The notes beneath the pieces are model-generated. The model was not told the DNA's origin, did no database searches, and saw only the letters and a list, made by a program, of their open reading frames with translations. From a virus, in IMG/VR virus record IMGVR_UViG_3300049139_000178, positions 1 through 64,000 of that record: a stretch of DNA of 64,000 nucleotides, one strand, 5' to 3'. This document shows, one piece after another, positions 54,164-62,327 of this stretch. A program made the position numbers and the translations under genes. How positions within the stretch are numbered: position 1 is the first letter of the stretch; each line of letters opens with the position of its first letter.

Positions 54164-55432
54164 ATGACCGACACCACCACATCGCTCCCGGTCTACGAGC
54201 GCCGGGACATCCCCGAGCAGCACCGGCACCTGCGCACAATGACGGAGCTGAAGAAGGACCGGCTGAAGCCCGCCGAGGGGCAGGAGCCCGTGGCCATGCT
54301 GCGGGTCTACCGGCGCGGGCACGGCTGGGGCAAGTTCCCGCTGTACGACCCGGCTGGCGCGGCGAAGATGCGCCCGCTGTCCGCGAAGCAGCAACGGGCC
54401 ATGGAAGTCCGGCGCACCTGCCCCGAGTGCGAGGCCGTGCGCGGGTACGTCGTCTACACCCGGTGCACCGACTGCCGTACGAAGGCGCAGCAGGAAGCGC
54501 AGGACCGCCGGGCCCGGACCTGCGAGCGGTGCCGACGGGTGTCCGGGGCCGCGCTGCCGAAGGACGTACACGGCTGGCCGGCGTGCGACCCGTGCCGGAT
54601 CCGTTACGCGCTCTGCAAGCAGCTCGCCGACGAGCGCGCGGCCGTGTGGCGCCGTACCTGCCCCGGATACCCGGGCCACGACTGCACGGTGCAGACAGCA
54701 ACCGATGAGGAAATCACTGAGGCGTGGAACGCCGGAGACTACACCGGCCCCTGGCGATGCCCGCCGTGCGCGGAGGCCTACGACAGGTGGCAGGAGACCC
54801 AGCACCGCGAAGCGGAGGAGAACGGGCGCCGCGCTGAGGAAGCGCGGGAGCGGCAGGTCGCCGACCTGTCCGCGTGGGCGCGGGACGCCCTCGCCGACCC
54901 GGCCGTGGTCGTCCTGGACACGGAGACGACCGGGCTGCACGACGAGGCGCGCATCGTCGACCTGGCTGTGCTGACCGCCGGCGGCGACGTCCTCGTGGAC
55001 ACGTTGCTCGACCCGGGCGAGCCGATCCCGGCCGAGGCGTGGGGAGTTCACGGCATCTCCGACGCGGACGTGCAGAGGGCGCCCCGGTTCGGCGACATCC
55101 TGGTGCAGCTGACCGGCGCACTGGTCAACCGCCGGTGCCTGATCTACAACGACACGTTCGACGTCGCCCGGCTGCGTCACGAGCTGACGCTGCACTACCG
55201 CGAGGCCGGCCACGACGACCCGGCCGCCTCCGCCGCCGCGTGGCTGGGCACGATGCGGTTCGAGGACGTGATGGTGCCGTACTCGGACTGGTTCGGGGAG
55301 GAGTCACCCTTCGGCGACTACCGCTGGCAGCCGTTGTACGGCGGGGACCACCGGGCCGCCTCCGACTGCCGCGCGGTGCTGGACCGGCTGCGCGACATGG
55401 CCTCCGGGGTTGTCGACCCGGTCGAGTCATGA
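54164..55432 (+). CDS. zinc-finger plus DEDDh 3'-5' exonuclease (DnaQ-like)
   Basis: LDTETTGL, VHGI, YN-x2-FD, HRA-x2-D; N-terminal CxxC array. Confidence 0.88.
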   Translation: MTDTTTSLPVYERRDIPEQHRHLRTMTELKKDRLKPAEGQEPVAMLRVYRRGHGWGKFPLYDPAGAAKMRPLSAKQQRAMEVRRTCPECEAVRGYVVYTRCTDCRTKAQQEAQDRRARTCERCRRVSGAALPKDVHGWPACDPCRIRYALCKQLADERAAVWRRTCPGYPGHDCTVQTATDEEITEAWNAGDYTGPWRCPPCAEAYDRWQETQHREAEENGRRAEEARERQVADLSAWARDALADPAVVVLDTETTGLHDEARIVDLAVLTAGGDVLVDTLLDPGEPIPAEAWGVHGISDADVQRAPRFGDILVQLTGALVNRRCLIYNDTFDVARLRHELTLHYREAGHDDPAASAAAWLGTMRFEDVMVPYSDWFGEESPFGDYRWQPLYGGDHRAASDCRAVLDRLRDMASGVVDPVES

Positions 55433-55473
55433 TTTAATCAAATCAGTAACACCGACCAAGGAAGGCAGGACCC

Positions 55474-55875
55474 ATGACCCTCATCGCCAAAGGTCCAGTG
55501 TGGACCGGCCGCATCTACGGCGTCCGCGCACGGGCAGCCACGTGGGAGATGACCCCGGTGGAGCTGGCCCGCGTGTTCGCCCACGCGCATGGCTACCGGA
55601 CGGCCGTCGGCGGGTGGATCTACGACCCGGAAGGGCACCCCGTTGCCCACGGCTGGCAGTCTTTTGCCGACGCTCTCGCCGCGCGGGGGTGGATCGTAGA
55701 AGGCAAGGGCGTCGCCTGGACGAAAGCCACGTGGGAAGGCAACCGGCTCCCGCTGTCCAAGTCCTACCGCACGGAACTCGCCCACGACGCCAAGATGCAG
55801 GCGCAGGGACGCGAGCTGCGGCGCGTCATGCGCGGCGGCCGGATGGTCACCGCATGGGTGCCGAAGGGCTGCTGA
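55474..55875 (+). CDS. hypothetical protein
   Basis: box and GACCAAGGA upstream. Confidence 0.7.
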   Translation: MTLIAKGPVWTGRIYGVRARAATWEMTPVELARVFAHAHGYRTAVGGWIYDPEGHPVAHGWQSFADALAARGWIVEGKGVAWTKATWEGNRLPLSKSYRTELAHDAKMQAQGRELRRVMRGGRMVTAWVPKGC

Positions 55876-55920
55876 CACGACGAAGCCCCGGAGTCACGGG
55901 ACTCCGGGGCTTCGTCGTGT
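55875..55920. terminator. bidirectional hairpin terminator
   Basis: ACACGACGAAGCCCCGGAGTC-loop-GACTCCGGGGCTTCGTCGTGT between convergent genes. Confidence 0.85.
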
Positions 55921-57005
55921 CACAGGAACCGGTCGACCAGGCCCTCATACACCGCCACGGCCGCCGCCGCGTGCGTGCGCTTGAGCGCCTCGTCGTCCCG
56001 GCGCCGGATGTACCGCATGGTCGTCGCCACCTGGCTGTGGTCGGCGAACCGTCGGATGTCGTCGGGCTTCACACCCTGGTCGTACATGTGGGTGAGCTTG
56101 CTCGCCCGCAGGACGTGTGGGGTGAGGTCCCGGCCGGGCAGTACGCCGGCCGCGCGGCCCAGGCGGTTCAGCAGCCGGTCCACCGCGTGCCGGTCCATCG
56201 GCCGATCGTCGTCATCGAGCAGCAGCGGCCCGGAGGTCCGGCCCTGCCAGCACACGGCCCCGAGTTCGCACAGCTTCGGAGGCAGGGTGAACTTCCGGCC
56301 CTTGCCGCCCTTGCGGGTCAGGTCCAGTTTGCACTCCCCGCCGGACGGCTTCATGTGCTGCATCCCGGCCGCGCAGCACTCCGAGACGCGGCCGGCCAGC
56401 GTGTAGATGAGCACCGGCACGAGGGCCTGCCGGGGCGTGGCCGCCTGCTCCACCACGGCCTGGAACTCAGGCACTTCGAGAATCGGCGTCATGGCCGTCT
56501 CGTCGTGCGGGTCGATCACCGGCCGGTCGTACCGGGTGATGGGGTTGATGATCTCCAGCCGGGTGCGGAACTTGGTGTACTCGATCAGCGAAGTCAGCGA
56601 CGACGCCAGGCGGTTGACCCGGCGGGGCCCGAGGCCGATGTCCGTTGTCCAGGCCCGCCAGGCCGGGATGACGTCGGAGGTGATCGCCCCGAGGTAGAAG
56701 GGCTCGGTGCCGACCAGCTCCCGAGCGGCCCTCGCCCAGTGGCGGACGTCGTCGGCGTACTCGCGCCGGGTGCCGTCGCTGGTGAGCCGCTCGGAGTTCA
56801 GCCACCCCACCACGTGCTCGAACGTCTCCGGCGCGCACAGCTCGTGCAGGAGGTCCAGCCGGTGGACGCGCGGTCCGAGCCGGCGGTTCTTTGGGTCGCG
56901 CGGGGCGACCGTGCCCAGTTTCTCGCGCAGGCCCAGCATGGTGCGCAGCGCCACGTTGCCGTCGGCCGAGATCGTGTCGGCCCCTGCCGCCGTCATGATC
57001 GTCAT
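55920..57005 (-). CDS. tyrosine recombinase (XerC/D-like)
   Basis: R (GRVSE), K (RKGGK), HVLR, H (ADH), Y (TMRY). Confidence 0.92.
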   Translation of the reverse strand: MTIMTAAGADTISADGNVALRTMLGLREKLGTVAPRDPKNRRLGPRVHRLDLLHELCAPETFEHVVGWLNSERLTSDGTRREYADDVRHWARAARELVGTEPFYLGAITSDVIPAWRAWTTDIGLGPRRVNRLASSLTSLIEYTKFRTRLEIINPITRYDRPVIDPHDETAMTPILEVPEFQAVVEQAATPRQALVPVLIYTLAGRVSECCAAGMQHMKPSGGECKLDLTRKGGKGRKFTLPPKLCELGAVCWQGRTSGPLLLDDDDRPMDRHAVDRLLNRLGRAAGVLPGRDLTPHVLRASKLTHMYDQGVKPDDIRRFADHSQVATTMRYIRRRDDEALKRTHAAAAVAVYEGLVDRFL

Positions 57006-57369
57006 GGCAGATGAGCCTATCCCTGCGGCCCCTGGCCCGTCTGCACCCAGGGGTGGCGGGCTGTCCTCCTTTGGCCGTGACGCCTCAGGTGAGCAGGGGC
57101 CGCGCCTCGGTGATATGTCCGATCCGTGGGAGCCATGGCAGTCACGTGCCGTCGGACTCGCTCACACGAGGAAAACGGGCCTGGGTCCAGTCTGGCACAC
57201 AGGATGTATCGGGGCGGCGACGTGCTCAAAACACACGTTTTGCGCTTCGCCCAGAGCGATTCTGCGGCAGACGGGTTCCGTGGCATCCTCCGGGTTGTCC
57301 TCTGCGGGACCCTATGGTTTAATTAATTCATCGGGCAACGAGCCGGAAGACCAAGGAAAGAAGGAACGC

Positions 57370-57561
57370 ATGGCCGTCAACCTCCCCACTCCTCTCCCGC
57401 AGTGCCCCAAGCACGGCAGGATGCAGCTCCGTCCGGGCCACACCCTGGAACAGCGGTGGTGCGGGACCTGGTACGACTGCACCGAGCCTCGGTGCAGCAC
57501 TTCAACGCTTCTGGCTTCCCCCGCGTTGACGGCTTCGCTGGAAGTGCAGCGAACCGCCTGA
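57370..57561 (+). CDS. small zinc-finger protein
   Basis: CPKH...C...C...C; box and GACCAAGGA upstream. Confidence 0.65.
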   Translation: MAVNLPTPLPQCPKHGRMQLRPGHTLEQRWCGTWYDCTEPRCSTSTLLASPALTASLEVQRTA

Positions 57562-57592
57562 CCCGCCGTACAGACCAAGGAGACCTCGTCGC

Positions 57593-57889
57593 ATGAGCGA
57601 CCCCACCCCGATCCGCCGCCCTGCCCGGACAGGTCACCGATGCATCTGCGGTGCTACGTGGCGGCCGGGGTTCTCCTCGGATCCCGCGTGGCTCTTCACG
57701 GCGGATCCCCGGCTGAGCACCTTCGTCGGACTGCTGCACTGCCAGGCGTGCGGCCGGCGGAAGACCGACGTGCTCCGGGAGCAGGCCGAGCAGAAGCGCG
57801 CGGCCACCCCACCGGCCATCCCGCCTCGCGAGCGCCCGCCGGCCAAGGTTCTTCCGTTCAGGAAGCCCTCGGCCGACGAGGCCAACTGA
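57593..57889 (+). CDS. zinc-finger hypothetical protein
   Basis: CICG...CQACG; GACCAAGGA upstream. Confidence 0.65.
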   Translation: MSDPTPIRRPARTGHRCICGATWRPGFSSDPAWLFTADPRLSTFVGLLHCQACGRRKTDVLREQAEQKRAATPPAIPPRERPPAKVLPFRKPSADEAN

Positions 57890-57908
57890 CCAAGGAAAGA
57901 GGGACCCG

Positions 57909-58136
57909 ATGAGTGGGCTGACCAGGCACGGAAAGGTGATCACGTACACCGACGAGTCCGGAGACAGCATCGAGATCACCGCTGCGCGGGATAGCGGCGG
58001 ACGTCCGGTGGTTGCCCTGGTCCCGGTGCTGGACGCGGGTGGCGAACTCGTGCACGTGGCCGACGAGGACGTGGAGGAGTTCATCGCGGCCGTCCGCGAG
58101 AAGCAGGTAGAGGCTCGGGAGAAGTACGACACCTGA
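57909..58136 (+). CDS. hypothetical protein
   Basis: GACCAAGGA upstream. Confidence 0.7.
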   Translation: MSGLTRHGKVITYTDESGDSIEITAARDSGGRPVVALVPVLDAGGELVHVADEDVEEFIAAVREKQVEAREKYDT

Positions 58137-58164
58137 CGCCCGGCAGACCAAGGAAAGAAGGACC

Positions 58165-58581
58165 ATGACGCGCACCGCTAACGACAGGATGCGGAGCAAC
58201 GCCCGCCTGCGGATGTTCAGCCTCGCCCGGGGCCACGGCGGCTTGAAGACCGTGGCCGACGTGGAGCAGCGCACGAACATGAACGACGCGCGTATAGCAC
58301 TGTGCTTCGCGATGGGTGTGGACCCGGAGGACATCGACCCGAGCAGCGGCCACCACATCGGCCGGTCGGCGTACGAGAACAGCCGGACCTCATGGGTCGA
58401 CCACATAGCGCAGTTCGGGTGGAGCGACTACTACGACGGCCCCGCGCTCGCCGAGGTCATGGAGCGCTGGGCCGCACGGCGCCCACAGTTCACCGCCGGG
58501 GACGACTGGAAGGCGGCCGGGATAGCCGCACACCTTCTGCGCTCGTGCAGCCGATCGCCCTGCGACGTGCACGCAGACTGA
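58165..58581 (+). CDS. hypothetical protein
   Basis: GACCAAGGAAAGAAGGA upstream. Confidence 0.7.
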   Translation: MTRTANDRMRSNARLRMFSLARGHGGLKTVADVEQRTNMNDARIALCFAMGVDPEDIDPSSGHHIGRSAYENSRTSWVDHIAQFGWSDYYDGPALAEVMERWAARRPQFTAGDDWKAAGIAAHLLRSCSRSPCDVHAD

Positions 58582-58661
58582 CGGGTTGTGCCCCTGCCCG
58601 AGCTATGATTTAATTAAGTCATCGGGCAGGGGCCCGCCGGACCAAGGAAAAGGAACCGACC

Positions 58662-58730
58662 ATGACCGCTGTAGCCGTCGAACTGATCCCCGCTGTCGCC
58701 TGCGCCGAGGCCGGCCACAGCACCCACTGA
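58662..58730 (+). CDS. 22-aa micro-ORF (MTAVAVELIPAVACAEAGHSTH)
   Basis: perfect box at 58583-58623 and GACCAAGGAAAAGGAACCGACCATG. Confidence 0.45.
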   Translation: MTAVAVELIPAVACAEAGHSTH

Positions 58731-58797
58731 CGCCAGACACGACGAAGCCCCGGGACAACTACGCTTTGGGGCCCACCCGAACCGAGGAGAACACAGG

Positions 58798-59028
58798 ATG
58801 AGCGACACTCAGACCACCACGTGCACCCGGAAGACTGTCGACCGCTGGTGCCAGCCCGACCCGTCGGGTCTCTTCGGTGAGCCGAACCCCACTCCGGAGG
58901 ACCCCGGGCCGTGGAAGGACGGGGAGACCGTCGTCTGCCGCTGTGGCGCCGAGGTTGAGGTGACCCACCGGATTACCAACCAGCGTGAGACCGGCACGCA
59001 GTATGTCGGTGACCTCGCCGCGCACTGA
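58798..59028 (+). CDS. hypothetical protein
   Basis: GAGGAGA RBS; hairpin at about 59036-59080. Confidence 0.65.
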   Translation: MSDTQTTTCTRKTVDRWCQPDPSGLFGEPNPTPEDPGPWKDGETVVCRCGAEVEVTHRITNQRETGTQYVGDLAAH

Positions 59029-59091
59029 CCCCAGACGCGACGAAGCCCCGGGACTCCACCACAGGTCCCGGGGCTTCGCTGTTGCGGTCCG

Positions 59092-59472
59092 TCACACGGA
59101 CCAGTGCCGGCCACCCGCCGCACCGAAGGCACCGACGTACACCCGGTGCGTGTAGTCGCCGGACTGCCACCGTGTCCCCGCCGCGCCCGCGATGAAGCGA
59201 TGGCACGTACGTTCGATAATACGGTGCAGCTCGGGGAACTGGAGGCCCAGGAGCAGGCCCGACATCTCCACCCCTTCCGGGGCCGGCAGGGCCGCCGCGT
59301 CTTCGTCGCCGGTCGCCTCGTGCACGGCGGCCCGGATAGCCAGGACGCGGACCGCGTCGGCCATGCTCCCGGCGACGGCAGGCATCTCCGGGTCGGCCAT
59401 CCACTGTCCGTGGATCTCCATCGCCCGCCGGGCGGTCGTCTCGACGTCGGACAGAGTGCTGGTGGCGGCCAT
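59092..59472 (-). CDS. hypothetical protein
   Basis: GGAGGA RBS; divergent from the GntR gene. Confidence 0.65.
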   Translation of the reverse strand: MAATSTLSDVETTARRAMEIHGQWMADPEMPAVAGSMADAVRVLAIRAAVHEATGDEDAAALPAPEGVEMSGLLLGLQFPELHRIIERTCHRFIAGAAGTRWQSGDYTHRVYVGAFGAAGGRHWSV

Positions 59473-59522
59473 GCGGTCCTCCGTGTGTGATTTATCGAAT
59501 TCACGGGAATGCCCCTGTGAGA

Positions 59523-59554
59523 CTTCCTACAGGAACTGCCCCTCCTGTAGGAAG
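59523..59554. promoter_or_regulatory. 12-bp inverted repeat, probable GntR operator
   Basis: CTTCCTACAGGA-N8-TCCTGTAGGAAG in the divergent intergenic region. Confidence 0.6.
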
Positions 59555-59613
59555 CTAAGGCACGGCTGGGGTACCGTCAACCACATCCGATAGGAAGACC
59601 CGAGGAGATACCC

Positions 59614-60291
59614 ATGGCAGGGACCGTCGCACGCATGGTTTCGTACCTGAGGGCCCGTATTGACCTGGGAACACTGAAGCCGGGCGACCGACTGCCGCCG
59701 ACGGCGGCCCTGATGAAGCAATTCATGATCAGCGACAACGCGGTGTACCGGGGGATCGCGCTCTTGAAGGCTGAGGGCTACGTCACCTCCCAGCAGGGCA
59801 AGGGAGTGTTCGTTGCCGACCGGCGTCGGCTCATCGTCGGTGAGAAGCGTATCCAGGGCATTACGCAGGCCGGTGAGACGATCAACCACAAGCGGAGCGT
59901 CCGCGTGCAGGCGCCTGACTGGGTCGCCGAGTTCCTCGGGGAGGGCGAGTGCGTGAACCGCGTCCGTACGGTGATCCGTGGGGGCGCGGTCGTGCAGGCG
60001 TCGCAGTCGTGGGTGCACCTCGCGGTTGCCGACGTCGTCCCCGAGATCGACGAGCCCCGGGCCTGTGACCCCACGTGGCAGGCCGTCTATCAGGACCGTT
60101 CGGGCAACCCGGTGAAGGTAGCGTCCAAAACGGGCATCGTCCGCACCACGACGGACGAGGAGCGCGAGGAGTTCGGCCTGGACGCCGACCGGGAGGTGCT
60201 GGTCGTCCGCAGCGTCTACGTCACCGGCAACACGGTGATCGGCGTCGGCGAGGCCGCGTATGCGCCGGATAACCCTCTGATCATGTCCTGA
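59614..60291 (+). CDS. GntR (HutC/UTRA-type, KorSA/TraR-like) transcriptional regulator
   Basis: PGDRLP, L-x2-EGYV...GKGVFV; UTRA-like C-terminus. Confidence 0.88.
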   Translation: MAGTVARMVSYLRARIDLGTLKPGDRLPPTAALMKQFMISDNAVYRGIALLKAEGYVTSQQGKGVFVADRRRLIVGEKRIQGITQAGETINHKRSVRVQAPDWVAEFLGEGECVNRVRTVIRGGAVVQASQSWVHLAVADVVPEIDEPRACDPTWQAVYQDRSGNPVKVASKTGIVRTTTDEEREEFGLDADREVLVVRSVYVTGNTVIGVGEAAYAPDNPLIMS

Positions 60292-60340
60292 TCAAGCGAG
60301 CAGCGCACCGAAAACCCGACCAAGGAATGAGGAAACGATC

Positions 60341-60577
60341 ATGGCCGTGAACAAGCTGACTCCGGGAATGATCGACGTGGACGTCCCCGGCTGGGAACTG
60401 GAAGGCGAAGTCCGCGACTGCCACGAGACGTTCAGCGAGACGCCCGCGCGGGACGTGGAGAAGGCCAAGCGCTGGGCCAACCAGCGCATCGGCCGCCGCC
60501 TCGTCTGGCGCAAGGTAGTGGAGCGGGGGTTCGAGCACTACGAGGCCAACGCCGTCGACGACCCCTACGACCGTTGA
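60341..60577 (+). CDS. hypothetical protein
   Basis: GACCAAGGAATGAGGAA upstream; hairpin downstream. Confidence 0.7.
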   Translation: MAVNKLTPGMIDVDVPGWELEGEVRDCHETFSETPARDVEKAKRWANQRIGRRLVWRKVVERGFEHYEANAVDDPYDR

Positions 60578-60785
60578 CCCTTCCTCAGCCGTGAACCCCG
60601 GAGCCCCTCACGCTCCGGGGTTTCTTCGTACCTGAGGGTTGCGTGCATCCCACAACTATGGTTTAATTAATCCATGATCGACGACCCTTGGGAGCTGGTC
60701 TCCCCGGGCGCGGATCAGGAGTACGGAACCAGGAACATAGGAACGGGCCGTCAGAGCGCGGCCCCCACATCCGAAGGATGGCATC

Positions 60786-61058
60786 GTGACCGCCACGAGC
60801 ACCCCCTTTGCACTCCTCGCTGAGGTCCCGGCCCCGCCCGCCGACCGAACCCCGGAGTTCACGTTCGACCCCTTCCGCCAGCTCAACGTGACGACGGCTG
60901 GGGACGCCGTGATCGACGTCGCCGACGTCCAGTCCATGACGATGACCCACAACAGCAAGGGATTCAAGAAGGACGACGACTTCGCCCACGCCCCGCACGC
61001 CCTGCTCGGGCCGACCATGACCCACAACTCCTCCGGGCACAAGAAGGACGACGACTGA
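60786..61058 (+). CDS. ATP-grasp RiPP (graspetide) precursor peptide with two core repeats
   Basis: leader PFAL and FDPFRQLNV; two TMTHNSxGxKKDDD cores; TGATG-coupled to the ligase. Confidence 0.85.
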   Translation: MTATSTPFALLAEVPAPPADRTPEFTFDPFRQLNVTTAGDAVIDVADVQSMTMTHNSKGFKKDDDFAHAPHALLGPTMTHNSSGHKKDDD

Positions 61059-62065
61059 TGCCGCTCCCACCCACCGTGCTTGTCGTCACCGCGCCTGACG
61101 ACCTCAGCGCCGATCTCGTGATACGGCAGATCCAGGAACGCGGCGTCACCATCCACCGCCTGAACCCTGCTGACCTCGCGCGTCCGGGGGCCCTGAGGAT
61201 GACCGGCGTCTCAGACGGAGAGCCGTTACGGTTCACCATCGAAGACAACCACCGCTCCACGCTCTCGCAGTCGGTTGTCTCCGTTTTCTGGTGGCACCCG
61301 GGCCTGCCCGGTGGGTGGGAGCAGCAGGAGTCCCGGGCCATCCTGGAGGACTTCCTGTACGGCCTTGACGGGACGCTGTGGGTGAACCACCCGCTCCGGG
61401 CACAGGCTGCCCGGCCCGGCCCACGGCAACTGCACGTCGCTTCGTCTCTCGGCCTCCGGACTCCACCCGCACTGTTCACCAACGACCCCGACCAGGCCGC
61501 TGCGTTCGCCGCCGAACAAGGCGGCAAGGTGGTGTGCAAGACCCTCACCGCACACCCGGACCGGTTCGTCCAGGCCCGGCTGGTGTCCTCCGGGGAGATC
61601 CTGGCCAACGCAGATCACGTGCGGCAGAGCGTGTGTTACTTCCAGCGGCCTGTGGACAAGACGCACGACATCCGACTGACGGTGATCGGCGACCGGATGT
61701 TCCCGTGCAAGGTCACCGCCGGCGGTGCGTTCGACTGGAGGGCGGCACCGGAGGACGACCTGGGTTTTGAGGCTGTGGGCGCCAGCCTGCCGCTGACGCA
61801 GAAAGTCCGGAAACTCATGCAGACGCTGGGGCTGGAGTACGCCGCCCTGGACTTCGCCGTCGACCAGGGCGGCACGTGGTGGTTCCTGGAAGCGAACCCG
61901 GCGGGCCAGTTCGGTTTCGTGGAGACGTCTACAGGGATGGTCATTTCGCGGGCCATCGCCGACCACCTCGTTCAAACGGCCCTGGCCACCCACGTCTACA
62001 CTCCCGGAGGCGGCCACCGAGCATATTCGGGGACGCCTTGGCAACGGGGGTCCGCCGGCGTGTAG
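61058..62065 (+). CDS. ATP-grasp ribosomal peptide maturase (MvdC/D, TgmB-like)
   Basis: VLVVT-x2-DD-x-SAD-x-V, WVNHP, QL-x2-A-x3-GL-x-TP, VCK, FQ, DIR, DF, WFLEANP-x-GQ. Confidence 0.9.
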   Translation: MPLPPTVLVVTAPDDLSADLVIRQIQERGVTIHRLNPADLARPGALRMTGVSDGEPLRFTIEDNHRSTLSQSVVSVFWWHPGLPGGWEQQESRAILEDFLYGLDGTLWVNHPLRAQAARPGPRQLHVASSLGLRTPPALFTNDPDQAAAFAAEQGGKVVCKTLTAHPDRFVQARLVSSGEILANADHVRQSVCYFQRPVDKTHDIRLTVIGDRMFPCKVTAGGAFDWRAAPEDDLGFEAVGASLPLTQKVRKLMQTLGLEYAALDFAVDQGGTWWFLEANPAGQFGFVETSTGMVISRAIADHLVQTALATHVYTPGGGHRAYSGTPWQRGSAGV

Positions 62066-62327
62066 AGCATCGGACCGGAACACCCCACAGGCCCCGGAGC
62101 ATCCCCGCTCCGGGGCCTTCGTGCGTGAGTAGGCGAAAACGACCTTCCGACGTACAGTGCCCACGTTTCCCCGACTTCCTCGGGTCAGGGTGCACAGGGG
62201 TGCGTGAGCCCCGCCGGTGTGGTGGTCGGCGGGGCTCACGCGCGGGCAGGACCCCGTTTGCCGTGAAAACGGCTATTCGGATGATCGCGGCTACCATGCC
62301 CTCCGATCCGAACCGGGGAGGTATGCC

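Noticed and set aside
55920-57005. Integron integrase with the hairpins acting as attC sites
   Set aside because: No IntI-specific insertion is evident, the hairpins lack RYYYAAC/GTTRRRY ends, and they look like terminators.
55410-57014. 534-aa plus-strand ORF
   Set aside because: Shadow of the recombinase; it crosses a strong terminator.
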